64,000 nucleotides of DNA. It comes from Felis catus (Eukaryota). Location: the NCBI RefSeq assembly GCF_018350175.1, contig NC_058368.1, positions 121,460,001 through 121,524,000 of the forward strand, written 5' to 3'. Shown piece by piece: positions 49,301 to 62,563 of the stretch; the first letter of the stretch is position 1; every line of letters starts with the position of its first letter. The position numbers and the translations under genes are program-made. The notes beneath the pieces are model-generated. The model worked only from the letters and a program-made list of their open reading frames with translations. It was not told where the DNA came from and searched no databases.

Positions 49301-52300
49301 TTTATGAAATATTAATTTTTCCCTTCATTTTGTCTCAGACCAGTAAAAGGTGATAGCTTCCTTTTGGCGTTTGTGAAATACTGCTTTAGAGGATAGTCCC
49401 GTATACGCACCAGTGTCTTGAAGAGATTTGGTTGGCAGACAAATGTCTTGAAAGTTACAGAATTATTCATATCAGACAATTTAAAACTCTTTGTGCTATG
49501 CAAACTACTCTCTTCCTTTTTTAAAAGTTAAAATTTGATTCTAAAATTCATAGGGAAATTTGAAAACATAGGAGAAAGTTTCTGATTACAATGTAAACAG
49601 TTAAACATTTTTTGGTGTAGTTTGTTAGGCATAAGTTTTTTATATTTTTGTATTTAGTTGTTTTAAAAATAGCTTTTTTTTTTTTTTAATTTCCTTTTAG
49701 ATATAAGTTGAATCCTTCAAATTGTTCAGGTATATTTTTCTTAATAGTGTAATGAGTAATTTCCCAAAAAATTAGAACTTCACTTCAAACAAAGTAAAAA
49801 AATGTATTAGAGAACTTGAGCTCTCAAAGTTTAACAAGTTGGGAAGGTATAAATTACGGATATTTTGTTGTTGTTAAAATTCACAACACAGAAGATGTTT
49901 ATAAGTGGAATACAGCATATCAAATGGTATTTACTTGTGAAAATTATGTCCGTAGAAACCCAGGACATACAGAGAAAAATGAAATCTGGGGTTTTGGAAG
50001 GAAAAATAGAGGAGTTTCCCTAATGCTAGGTACTGGGAATATACAGATGAGTAAGAAATGATTCTTGTAACAAGTTAATCTAATAGTGGAAAAGAAATGT
50101 GTTTTTTAAAATATAGCATATTTTGCCATTGTAACTAGATGAACAAAGTGGCTCAGAAATACAGGTGACAAAGGAACTAATTCTGTCAAAAATAAAACAT
50201 CCAGCCTGTGGTTATTACTTGTTTTGGAATAGGACAATTGAATATTAAAAGAAAAGGAATTATCTTCACTGTATAACTGGGTAGGGTATATATGGCTTCT
50301 GGTAATGCTATTTAAAAGGTGTTGTCAAATAGATACAGTTTAGAAGAAATTCTGAAATGTTGTTTTGTTGCATTAAAAATGTCACAGATACTCTGAAAAT
50401 GACTTAAGGAATATAGACGGAATTGTATGGAAAGAGAGCAATATCATAACACACATTAAAATCACCTCTGTCCTCTGCGGTACTCAAGACATTTTCTCCA
50501 AATTTGAAATAACCAATTCAGTGTATAATTTTTTGGTTTTCAGGACCAGTTTTAAGTATATTCCCCTTTCTCCTTTAAATTTGGTCTCTTTATGTTTTTC
50601 TGAAGAAGATGTGGTAGATACATTTTCTCATCGCTAAGCTCAGTGTAACAAGTGTGTGCAAGAGTAATAGTAGAATATAACATCCTGTATTCTACAGACT
50701 GATGTTTTGGGTTGAAGGCAGTTGTCAGTCTCCAAATGAATTTATGTAAATTATCTTTCTTAAAATACATTTCCTGTTACCGACTGTGTAAAATTATTTA
50801 AAGCCCTGTACACCTACTAAACTTGAGATTCTGCACTTAATTCTGTGGAATGCATAAATAATGTTTCTTTGTGCAGAATCTTGGGTTTTGAGGTCTAGAA
50901 AATTTATTCATATCCGATAGAGTCATTGAATGTTGTCTGGGGCATCTCTCCCCTTGTGTTTTACTTTGTTTTGTCTTGCATTCATTATCTTATTGTCCAT
51001 TTCAGCATACAGATTTTCATCCAAAATACTTGTCATTGGGATACTTTTAATAAATAAACTTTCATCGCTTCTTTAAGTCACTCTTTATTGAGTTCCTACT
51101 ATGTACCAGACATCATTTAGACCCTGGAACTTTAGATGGTGTGCCAGGGACCTTGGATTCTAATACTGAAGATACATGATCAGTATGGCCAATAATTGGA
51201 AGGTGTAGCTTTTTTGTTTTCTAATTGAGCTTTTAGTTTAAAGCTTAAGATTTTTTTTCCCTTGGAATACTCTTAAAGACAAAATCAGGAAATTACAAAG
51301 AGTAGCTAAAAATTCTATTTGAATAAAGACTGTCTTCAGCTGACTAGAGTTAACATTAAGAAGGTGAAAATTTGGGGGTGCCTGGGGAGTTCAGTTGGTT
51401 GTGTCTGATTCTTGATTTCGGCTCAGATCATGATCTCATGGTTCGTGGGTTCAAGCCCTGTTTTGGGCTCTGCACTGATAGCACAGAACCTACTTGGGAT
51501 TCTTTTTCTTTCTCTCTGCTCCTCCCCTGTTCACTCTTTCTCTCTAAAAATAAATAACTAAACTTCATTTTTAAAAACTGAAAATTTTGCTGTCAGGCAT
51601 ATAAGATATATGAAAAACTTAGGAGCATGAACTTGGAGTGTTTGCACTTTGAAATTCTCCATTCACTCTGTGCTGATCAGAACTAAAATTAATGAATGTA
51701 AGTTGTGATCAGCTCACCTTCACAGTTACTGTAACATACTTCATTTAAGAAAACTTATGGAAAATTTCAAATACACAAAGAAGGAAAGCAAATACTGCAG
51801 GAATCTTCAGGTACTCGTGGCCTTCAATGCTTCTCAACATATGGAGTTAATCTTGCTTCATGTATAGCTCATCCCTGACTTGATTATTTTAGAACAAGCC
51901 CCAAACGTAACATTTCATCTGTAAAAACTTCATTGTATATCTTTGAAAGATAAGGATTGAACACACAATCACAGTACTTTATTACACTCCCAAAATATTT
52001 GTAAGTTTACTGTTGTCAAATATGCCATCAGTGTTCATATTTCCAAATTGTATCATAGGTGTCCTTTTACAGCTGGTTCATTTGAAGCTGGATCCAAACA
52101 AGGTTACATATTATATTTAGAAGATGTATTTCTTAAGTCTTTACACCTATAACAGTTTCTCGTACCTCTGTTTTGTTTTTTCTTGACCTTTATTTGTTAA
52201 AGAAACTGATCATTTGTCCTGAAGAATGTTTTCACATTCTGGACTTGGCACATTACACCCCCTTGTGTCATTTAACACATTCTTCTATCTTCTGGGTTTT

Positions 52301-54278
52301 CTATAAATTGGGGGCTAAATTTGGAGGCATTGGATTCACATTTGTTTGTTTTTTGTTTTTGTCGTGAATATTTTATTGATGTACTTCCTACTACAGTATT
52401 TTATGATGTACATAATATTTCTTTTCTGTATTGTAAATGCTGATCAATGTGTACAGGTGTTTTCATCCTGATTGATCCATTTTGAAAGTTGTTCATGGTT
52501 TCAGCAGCCATTTGTAATCACTGCTTAGACCTGTTGTTTCATTAAGGGTTGTTGAAGAACATCAGACTGCATTTGAATAAACAACCATCTTTCTAAAGTT
52601 AAATGCATGTTCTTTGTCATTCATGTTGACAAGAAGACATTGTGCAGATTAGCCTTTAACTTTTCATTTCACTTTAAGACAGTTATTAGTTAAGTATACT
52701 TGGTACATTGAGTGCTGTGTCCAAAATTTAAACTAGTTGTATGGACTGAGAATGTACTTCCCCATTTTTCTCTTCAGCACACCCCTTCATTCTGCAGGAA
52801 ATTCTGCTCAGTAGGTCATTCTTACAACTATTTTCAGATTTCGTTGATGATATGTTAGGTTGTTTTTGCAATGTAGTGATCAAAAGATTCTTTTTTAATG
52901 CAAATTTTGAAAGAATTGGTGCTAAGCACACAGTTTTGTGGTCTGCTGTACAGTATGATTTGTCACCTCCTTCGATTCATACGTAGCAAGAGAAGGGTAG
53001 TAAAATTTAGTACATCTGTTTCTCTTGTACGTTTACTATAAAATCAAGTGGCTGTATTGTGGTTTGTTCTGTTAAAAGTGTACTAAAAATCTTTTGGAGG
53101 GGCACATGGGTGGCTCAGTCAGTTAAGCGCCTGACTTCGGCTCAGGTTATGATCTTGAGTGAGTTCGAGCCCTGCGTCGCCGCGCTCTGTGCCGGCAGCT
53201 CAGAGCCTGGAGCCTGCTTCGGATTCTGTGTCTCTCTGCCCCTCCCATGCTCATGCTCTGTGTCTCTCTGTCTCTCAATAATAAATGTTAAAAAAAAAAA
53301 GTTAAAAAAAAATCTTTGGAATTTTATAACTGTTAAGGAAATTTATTAGGTGTAAAAGAAATTCTAAATTCACTTATCTTGTGCCACATAGTGAACATCT
53401 GACTTTAAATATAAAGTGTTGAGTAAACATTATAAATAGGTCTCATGGGGTAGTCAGTAAAACATACTATTAAGCGTCCAATGAAAGAAAAAAGCCTACT
53501 CCTTGGTACTTCTTTTTAAATCTTTTTCTACCAAATTTGACTTCATTGTGTCAGAGATTCTTGTGTTAATATATGTAAGCTCTAAATGTGCTTTTTTTCA
53601 AAAGTCATTCTTAGTATCTGAGGTAATTTCATACGTACAGTAGTTGGTCTGTTTATCTCGGGTTTTGTCCTTTTTTCTTTGTACTTGTTATCTACCTGTT
53701 CATGGGATAACAAGTTTTCACTGTCTTGTTTAGTGTTTTCCTTTTGAACGTTTCTCATTTTCTGTGAGGATATGCTTGTGGTGTTTTTTGTTTTTAATTT
53801 TTTTATTGTTTTTTCTGCTCCCAGATATGGGAGTATGTTTTGTGTCAACCTTAAACTATGTGGTTTTGAGGAGAAGAGTTTTTGTTTTTAATGGATGTGA
53901 TGGTCTTCAAAAAACTACATGTCTTGCTGGATACAAAACTGTACACAAGTAATAGCTCAGGGCACCTTTACCTGATAGTGTGATATGGTTGACTGTTCAG
54001 TTTTGGGTACAATTAGCATATAGTTGTTCCACTTAAGATTGTGAAAAATGGAGATTATGCAGTCATACTGCCTAATTCTCACTCTTTCTTTATACCTCAG
54101 TGCATCCTAACTGGTTATGTGCCTGTTTCTTGAGTTAGGAAGAATATCAGTAATACCTTTCTCGACTGGCATTTTGGTGTACTCTCTCTGTTCTTGGCTA
54201 AAGTCTCAGGAAGTACATCATTCCCTGAGAAGCTTGTGACTCTCATTCCCAGCTGCCCTCCTATTCTTTCCTCTGTAG

Positions 54279-54443
54279 GACAGCCCATGTACTCTCGTGA
54301 ACATGGTGCTGCTGCATCTGAGCGACTTCAGTTGGGGACACCGCCTCCTCTGTTGGCAGCTCGTTTGGTGCCACCTCGAAACCTCATGGGATCCTCCATT
54401 GGGTACCATACCTCAGTCTCCAGCCCCACCCCTCTGGTCCCAG
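54279..54443 (+). CDS. RBM27: RBM27 exon 9 (RQPMYSREHG..SSPTPLVP); probable cassette exon
   Basis: ctgtag acceptor, gtaagc donor; 165 nt; phase 1-1. Confidence 0.9.
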
Positions 54444-55696
54444 GTAAGCTTTGCTACAGATGGCTGGCCATCCACCCTCTGATCTTTTTGTACCATAGCT
54501 TGCCAGCCTGCGTGGTGACTGGCATCCTGATCTGCCATCACAAATTCCCACTGAACCTTTTAGGTAGTTTTCTCTTCTGTTCCTCTGCCTCTTTGATTTG
54601 TCCCTAGTGGTTGCTAGATTAGGCCTCCTGTGTGTCTGTCATCTCTGGTGTCCTCTATGTTGACTTTTAGTGCCTCAGTAACAAAAGTCATGGTAGTTCC
54701 TTGAACTGATTTCTAATACAGTAAATAGGAAGAGAATATCTACTTGAATATTTTCTAATCAGTTACACACTACAAGAAAAACTAGGATAATTTTTTAAAA
54801 AGCAAACCAAAAACATCTGTTTTTCTTGCTGATCACGGATGAGCATATCTTTTTTTCCCCTCTCTGATCCATGTATGACCTGGCTGTGTATAATGTAGTA
54901 ATTTCTGGAAAACTCTTCCCTCCTACTTATGTGTACCTTTGGAAGACCTGTGGAGTGCTTTGTGGGTGTTTCATGAGGTTTTTAACATTTCTTGCTTTCC
55001 CTTTAGATCTGAGTCCATCATAACTGTCTAAAGGACTTTTGAGTTTCTAGGGGTTCTGTGTATTCTCAGGAATTATAGAACAAGGTCATTTGATTATGTA
55101 ACTGCTTTAAAACCTACAGCTATAGGAGATTTTCTTTCAAGACTACCAAGTGATAACTGAAAACTTTTTTATCATAATTTGCTGATCTTATACTTTGAAT
55201 CATATTGATTGGCCATTAGTAAGGATCTGAATGTCTCTTACTTTGTAGCTGAAACTTAATATGAATGCCATAGAGCATTTTTCCACCAAGGAAGAAAAAG
55301 AGACGCAAGGACTTCTAAATCACAGTTGTGAAAACCAGTGTCTTCACTTAATCTTAACCCTTGTTTCATTTTATGTAGGATGAAGAGGATATATACCACT
55401 TAGAGATGAACATATTCAGAATTTTTTTAATACTAACAAAATAGCCATTTAGCATTATAATTTTAAGAATTAAATATTTAGTTGTAGAGAAAACAAAGGG
55501 AATGTGATAAAAGTGGCATTGATGGGGTGGTTGGTAGTAACATAATGATTATATTTGTAAATGTAAAATTTTTTTAGCTGTTTGAAATAAAACATTTGAA
55601 ATGTTTTATGTATGAAAGCAGCTATTATATCTCCATTTTAAAATGTAGGTAAGCAAATTAGTAGATTGATTTTTTTCTCTATTTTTTTCCCTACTT

Positions 55697-55867
55697 AAAA
55701 GAGTACCTAGGGTGTTGGGGATGGCTAAATGGGCAAGGGGCATTAAGGAAGACACTTGTTGGGATGAGCACTGGGTGTTCTACCCAGGGGATGAATCTAC
55801 TCGTAAAGTCATTATTGCACTATATACTAACTAACTTGGATGTAAATTAAAAAAAAAGAGTACCTAG
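55697..55867 (+). mobile_element. ~140-bp extreme 3' L1 fragment with perfect 14-bp TSD
   Basis: TT|AAAAGAGTACCTAG at 55697-55710, repeated at 55854-55867; GGGATGAGCACTGGGTGTT is shared with the L1 3' UTR at ~9496. Confidence 0.8.
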
Positions 55868-56120
55868 AAATTGGTGAAACATGATAACAGAGGAAACTCA
55901 ACCAGTCCTTTATATATAGTATTCATATATGTGCATATTTCTTTTAAAAATATTTAAGAGATGTTTGGATTAAGTGATTAATATATAGGATAAAAATGGC
56001 TAGCTAAGGTAAATGAATTTGGAAATATCTCCGTAATCAAGAACAGATATGTGTATCTGTGTTTTGAGACAGGAGCGTTTTTATTTCTTTCACTTTTAAC
56101 AGGGATATTATTGTAATTCA

Positions 56121-56124
<4 letters not shown>

Positions 56125-56162
<38 letters not shown>
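56125..56162. repeat. (GT)n microsatellite ~130 nt upstream of exon 10
   Basis: Directly visible. Confidence 0.95.
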
Positions 56163-56164
<2 letters not shown>

Positions 56165-56291
56165 TTGTATGTATGTATAGGTTGATATATTTATCAAAGA
56201 AAAATTCATTTTTTGCAGTTGTTTATAGTAATGAAAAATTACTTAACTACTCTCTTATTTGTTATGTGTTTTGTTGTTTTGTTTTCCCCAG

Positions 56292-56441
56292 ATACATATG
56301 AACCAGATGGTTATAATCCAGAAGCTCCTAGTATTACCAGTTCTGGTAGATCTCAGTACAGACAATTCTTTTCCAGAACACAGACACAGCGCCCAAACCT
56401 GATTGGCCTAACATCTGGAGATATGGATGCAAATCCAAGAG
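56292..56441 (+). CDS. RBM27: RBM27 exon 10 (DTYEPDGYNPEAPSIT..DMDANPR)
   Basis: ccccag acceptor, gtgaga donor; 150 nt; YNPEAP motif typical of RBM26/27. Confidence 0.95.
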
Positions 56442-59400
56442 GTGAGAATGCCTCAGCCTTTGTTGCTGTTTTACAGGAGTTCAGTATAGCATTTCAGACC
56501 TCACTAGGGTCCAAAATTACTTAGACACTGTCCTTTTGAAGAGTGCTCTATAATCATCTCAAATAAATGTTTTTGAATAACTTTGTCTCCACATTTTATT
56601 TTAAAACTATAATTAGAGGGGCACCTGGGTGGCTCAGTCGGTTAAGCGTCTGTCCAACCCTTGGTTAGGTCATGATCTCACAGTTTCATGAATTTGAGCC
56701 TTGCGTCAAGCTCTGCACTGGCAGTGTGGAGTCTGCTTAGGATTCTCTCTCTCCCCCTCTGTCTGTCTCTCCCCAACTTGGGCTGTCTCTCTCAAAATAA
56801 ATAAAATAAATAAATAAATAAAGCTATAGTTGTAATATATTTATTTTAAAATAAAAATAATACTTTTTTTAATTGCTTTTTTTGTATACCTTTAGCCTGT
56901 TTTAGCTATTTACTGGGCACTGCACTAGATATTAGGTAAAGAAAGATGAAATGACATGGTCCCTTGCCTTCAAAGAATTTGATCACTTCAGGGCCTACTT
57001 TGTATCGTAAGAGCTGTGTTGCACACTAATAACTGAGAATCTAAAATACTGCAATAAGATGATTATTTGACCTTTTTTAATATTTATGATTACAACCATA
57101 TGTCAGGATCTTTACAGAGCGTAGTCATAAACCTTTAAAAATTAAATGCAAGCATTTACCTTTAATATGGGTTGATGTCCTCCTTTCTCCTCCCTTAAAA
57201 AAGTTGGTTTAGGGGCACCAGGTGGCTCAGTCGGTTGAGCATTCGACTTTGGCCCAGGTTGTGATCTCATGGTTTGTGGGTTTGAGCCCCACATTGGGGT
57301 TTGTGCTGACAGTTCAGAGCCTGGAGCCTGTGTCTCCCTCTTTCTCTGTCCCTTCCCCGTGTACTCTGGTGGCTCGTGCTCTCTCTCTCTCTCTCTCTCA
57401 AAAATAAATATAAAAAAATCTGAAAACAAAAAAGTTGGGTTAAAAAGTTTGATGAGGTTCCAGTTTTTCTTACTATAGTTGGTTTTTTGATATTTAATTT
57501 TAATTTGAATGACTGTCCATGGGACATCCTGACAGTATTTATCTTTTTTTTAAACATTTTTTAAAAGGTTATTTATTTATTTTGAGGGAGTGTGTGCATG
57601 TGCACGAGTCAGGGAGGGGCAGAGAAAGAGATTCCCAAGCAGGCTCTGCATGGAGCTGGGCTCATAGCTTGATCCCACAAACAGCAAGGTCATGAGCTGA
57701 TCAGTAGTTGGATGTTTAACTGAGCCACCCGGGCACCCTCCCGACAATGTTTTTCTGATTTAGTTATATGGTGACTATTTTCGTGTTCTTAACCTTCTTT
57801 CCTGTCTTGATTTTATTAACTTTTATTTACTGCCATTAATATCATTGTTACTACTGGAAGCTAACAGTTTTGTGTCAAGATGAAAACAAATGCTTTTGTA
57901 TATGTATTATTATCTCTTATTTTCCTTTCCTACAACTCCTTAAAAGAGGTACTATTTTAATTCTCTTTTTACAAATAAAGACACTGAGGATTAGAGAGGT
58001 TAAAGAAATTTGCCCAAAGTCACACAGCTTTTAGTGGCCGAACTAGAATTTGAACCCAGGTCATTCCAATTCTGAAGAGTATACTATTACCTTCTATGCT
58101 ATAATGTATATATTATTACCAAATTAACTTGAAATTAGTGGAAAGATCAGAGTCTTAAAAATTCAAGTTTTTCCTTTGTCGCTAGTCTGGTCTTTCTCTG
58201 CATTCATATACAGTAATTCGTGGATAATCTCACTCAGATAGAAATGAGGTCTTTGGGGGACCCTGGGTGGCACAGTTGGTTAAGTGTCTGACTTCAGCTC
58301 AGGTCATGATCTCAAAGTTCATGGGTTCGAGCCCCGTGTCGGGCTCTGTGCTGACGGCTTAGAGCCTTGAGCCTGCTATGATTCTCTGTCTCCCTCTCTC
58401 TTTTTGTCCCTTCTCCACTCACACTGTCTCTGTCTCTGAAATAAACATTAAAAAAAAAATTTTTTTTTTAAATTAAAAAAAAAAAAGAAATGTGGTTTTT
58501 ATACAGCAGACTTGGTTTGTCACCTTGGCAAAGTCATCCAGCCTCTAGCTCTATCTCTTTCTTTTTTTATAAAGCACTTCAGTAAAGGAAAGCAGTAGGC
58601 AATGTTAGAAGGTAATCAAGCTATTTTAGGGAAGATCTAATGGCATCTCAGCTTCTAGAATGCATTATACCATCACAATTGCTATCTCCTCCATTTGCCT
58701 TCTGAAAATAAAGGCCCTAATAGAGCAGAGATCAAAGTTATTTTTTTCACTGATTTACACATATGTCTAATATAATTGTTGAGCTATAGCAGCTGCTAAA
58801 GAAATACATGTTAAATCTGCATCATTATTTCCCCGATTGTCACACATATTACCCCCCACTCTCATCCCTACCCCAGCATCCCTACCCCTAGCCCTACATG
58901 TCGTTTTTGGCTGCTGATTTTACTTTTGGTAGAGTCACTTAAAGTTAAGGAGAATATTCACAGTGTATCAGGCATCATTTTGTGTTGTTATTTACTTTTT
59001 TATTCACACCTCTTCCCATTCACAGATAAGCCATTGTAATGTCAGTTTCTTTAAGTATTTTAGTTTTAATTGTTGTGAATGAAATACAGCAATTTATAAT
59101 ACGGGCTTTGGGTTTTCCCCCCAACTGTTGAGTTTGAAAAATTTTAAACGCACAGGAAATCAAAAGAAATACAATAAACATCTGAATACCTTTACTTAGA
59201 TTTACCTTTATTAAAGTTTTGTCACCTTCGGGCCTAAGTGCTTGCTTTTGTATGCGCAATGCACATTCTTCTTTATCCCTTCTTTCCTTCTCCCTTCAGG
59301 GTTTTTTTCCCTGAGTTACTTGAAAGTATATTGCAGAGATTGTGCCCTGTAGATACTTTATTTTACTTCCAAGAATATGACGTCCTTTATAAGCACAATA

Positions 59401-59886
59401 TCATTGCTACACATAAGAAAATCATAATTCCTTAATATCCTGTCCAGGTGAATTTTTTTTTAATCACATCAAACAGTCCAAATAATTTCACTCTGTTTAT
59501 GGTGCTAAGTTTGATTGCTTGTCTGAGATGATAATTGGTAGATCTCTCCATTGTAAAGTCATCATTTGTGGGGTGTACTTTGGCACCAGATAAATATCTT
59601 GTTCTCTAACACCGTTTCACTGATGAATATTGTTTTCCAACCATTGATGATCCTTGTCTGAATCAATTTTTACATTGGAGCTGCCTATGACTTTTTAAAC
59701 TTCAATATTGTATTTTTAACAAAGGAGAAAAAGGAGGAGGCAGTTAGTAAATAAGCATTTCTGAAAAGGAAATGGTAGCTGGGTGCTATTCACTGTGCTT
59801 TTTAGCTTTTAGGCTATATATTGTAATCATTTGAAATTCCTCAGGTACCATGCATTGTTAGTAATGTTAATTTTTGTTTCCAACAG

Positions 59887-60031
59887 CTGCTAACATTGTC
59901 ATCCAGACTGAACCACCAGTTCCTGTTTCAATTAATAGCAACATAACCAGAGTAGTTCTTGAACCAGATAGCCGAAAAAGAGCTATAAGTGGTTTGGAAG
60001 GGCCGCTCACAAAGAAACCTTGGCTGGGAAA
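59887..60031 (+). CDS. RBM27: RBM27 exon 11 (AANIVIQTEPP..LTKKPWLG)
   Basis: caacag acceptor, gtaaga donor; 145 nt; in frame; missed by the ORF track. Confidence 0.93.
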
Positions 60032-60627
60032 GTAAGACAATTTGCTACTTAGTAGTTCTAATTGGTGTATTTGTTGTTTTTGTTTGCATTAGTAAATTTG
60101 TAAAATTCACAGTTGTCATTAATCAGTGATTTTAAAACTTTGTGTCTCAAAATTAGGGTTCCCCAAGGCATCATTAGAACATCTTAAAAATGGGAAGAGC
60201 GAACAGAATATAGTAGATATTAGTAATTTGTATTAGTAACTTGTATTAGTAACTAATATAATAGGTATTAGTAACTTGTATTCTGTACTTTTACAGAAGT
60301 TGAAAAACCCACCATTGAAAAAAATGATGTTCTTTCCTTGCTTTAAAGTTAGACTCCTTGGTAATTGTGGCGGATCTTTTTAGCCTATTAGTTTTAATCT
60401 CATTTGGGCCTCTCTTTTTGTGATCTTCTGCTCTTCAGTCTTCTTTTTCTATACCTGTTCTGTTCCCATGTAACAAGGACGATGTGAAAATTAGTAATTT
60501 CTGAAGAATGTAAGAATGTGTTACAAATGACACTTTAATACATATAAACTTAAAGTTTTTGTTGACCTGTCTGATGGCTAGGCATAAGGTGGGGGAATTA
60601 ATCAAGATCTATTAATATTCCTTTCAG

Positions 60628-60781
60628 GCAAGGGAATAACAGTCAGAGTAAACCAGGATTTTTGAGAAAGAATCAGTATACAAACACCAAATTAGAAGTC
60701 AAGAAGATCCCTCAGGAATTAAACAACATTACTAAACTCAATGAACACTTCAGCAAGTTTGGAACTATTGTGAACATCCAG
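60628..60781 (+). CDS. RBM27: RBM27 exon 12 (start of RRM: TKLEVKKIPQELNNITKLNEHFSKFGTIVNIQ)
   Basis: tttcag acceptor, gtaaat donor; 154 nt; cumulative 1887 nt = 629 codons; gene continues beyond the window. Confidence 0.95.
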
Positions 60782-62109
60782 GTAAATGTGACTAGGTTGC
60801 TGACAGATGAATGTGCTTTTATGCATCTTTGAACATAGCAGTTCACTTTGCTTAAATGAGCCAGTAATCTTATAATCTCTGCTAAGTGTTTTAAGCTCCA
60901 CTGTATAGCTCTATACCCAACTTTATGATGAAATTAAGCTGAATTTGTTTTTTGCTTTTTTTTTTTTTTTTAAATTTGTTTGTTTCTTATCTGCAACCTC
61001 TTCCTAAAAGACATTGAGGATGGTTAGTATATTTTTATTCATGGTGCTATCTCTGGACAAAAGACTTTTTAATCTGCTTTAGTATTCTAACTAGATAGGT
61101 AAGATTTTTGGTAATTTCTAAGGTAATTTTGTCTACTGAGTGACTTTTATATTGTAGTGAAAAAGTAATTGGTTAAGGATGGTTGTAATCTTGAGAATTT
61201 AGGCAGTGTAACATGTTATCTAACATCATGTGATTTGTAGTTTCTGTATTTTGCTGTCTACTTGACACATATTCCAATTTATGCATTTGTGATTGGGTGT
61301 TCCGGTGTAATTGAGAGTACTTGAAGTCCTTATTAATTTGCCATTTCACTCAGTTACCCCTGATGGTTAATGTTGGTCATGAAACCAAAATATGATTTAT
61401 GTAACAATTTAAGAAAGTATTATGAGGGGGTGCCTGGGTGGCTTAGTTGGTTAAGTGTCTGACTTAGGCTCAGGTCATAATCTCACGGTTCGTGGGTTTG
61501 AGCCCCTTGTCAAGCTCTGTGCTGACAGCTCAGAGCCAGGAGCCTGCTTCAGATTCTGTGTCTCCCTCTCTCTCTGCTCCTCCCCTGCTCGTGCTCTGTC
61601 TCTTTCTCTCAAAAATAAATATAACATTAAAAATTTTAAAAAAATTATATGAAAAAAGGCACCACCCTTAGGTCACTGCAATAAATCCCTGTGCCCTTCA
61701 CCCTTCAATCTCTGTACTCATCCAAAATGTGGAGGTGTGCTATACTGGACCAGCACTGTTGAAAACACTGGCTAAAAATGAGCATGATGATCAGGGTCCT
61801 GGCCTTCATGCAGCTGACCTTCTCAGAGAGCAGAGAGAGAATAAACGAGTAAAACAGGTTAAGTGCTATAAAGATAAATATAGTAAGGTAATTAAGTGAT
61901 AGAGGGGGAAGGGAACTCAAGAAAAAGCACTCTGAGAGGTGACATTTAAGCTGAGACCTGAAGAAAGTAGTATGAGGGGGTGCCTGGGTGATCTCACGGT
62001 TCCTGAGTTTGAACCCGGCATCAGGCTCCATACTGACTTTGCAGAGCCTGCTTGGGATTCTCTGTCTCTCCCTTTCCCTCTCCGCCCTTCTCCCACTTGT
62101 GCTCACTCA

Positions 62110-62161
<52 letters not shown>

Positions 62162-62563
62162 AAAATAAACTTTAAAAAAAAGTAGTATGAGGAAATTTGA
62201 TATTTCAAAGAATTGAACCAAGGTACTCTTTTTGAAAGATTTTTAAGCAGTGTTTTTTCCTGAGTATAGTACGTGTTTAATTTTATAGATAATTGGAAAT
62301 CCATTAAACAAAAGTGAAAAAACAAATCACCTGAATCTCACCATGTTGCAACAATAATTATTAATCTTTTGATGAACATACTGTATTTATATGGAAGAAC
62401 ACATCTATACACACACATAGACATGTTTTCTTTTTAAAAATACTTTACACACTTCAAGAATACAAAATCATATCAGATGTCTCTGCCTTTTTTCTCTTAC
62501 GTGTTTTCTGGGTCATTATGGTTTATGGCATTTAGGAAAATTAGATGGCTTAATGTAATTTGG

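Noticed and set aside
49339..49349. 11-nt microexon after a good acceptor (tgtctcag|ACCAGTAAAAG|gtgata)
   Set aside because: Weak donor and no other support; such sites are frequent in AT-rich introns.
54194..54607. 137-aa standalone ORF
   Set aside because: It is exon 9 plus read-through into flanking intron, with a non-ATG start.
60218..60282. Short tandem TATTAGTAACTTG repeats, and other small duplications (26253, 45581) and hairpins (47279)
   Set aside because: Ordinary slippage products or chance palindromes with no further structure.
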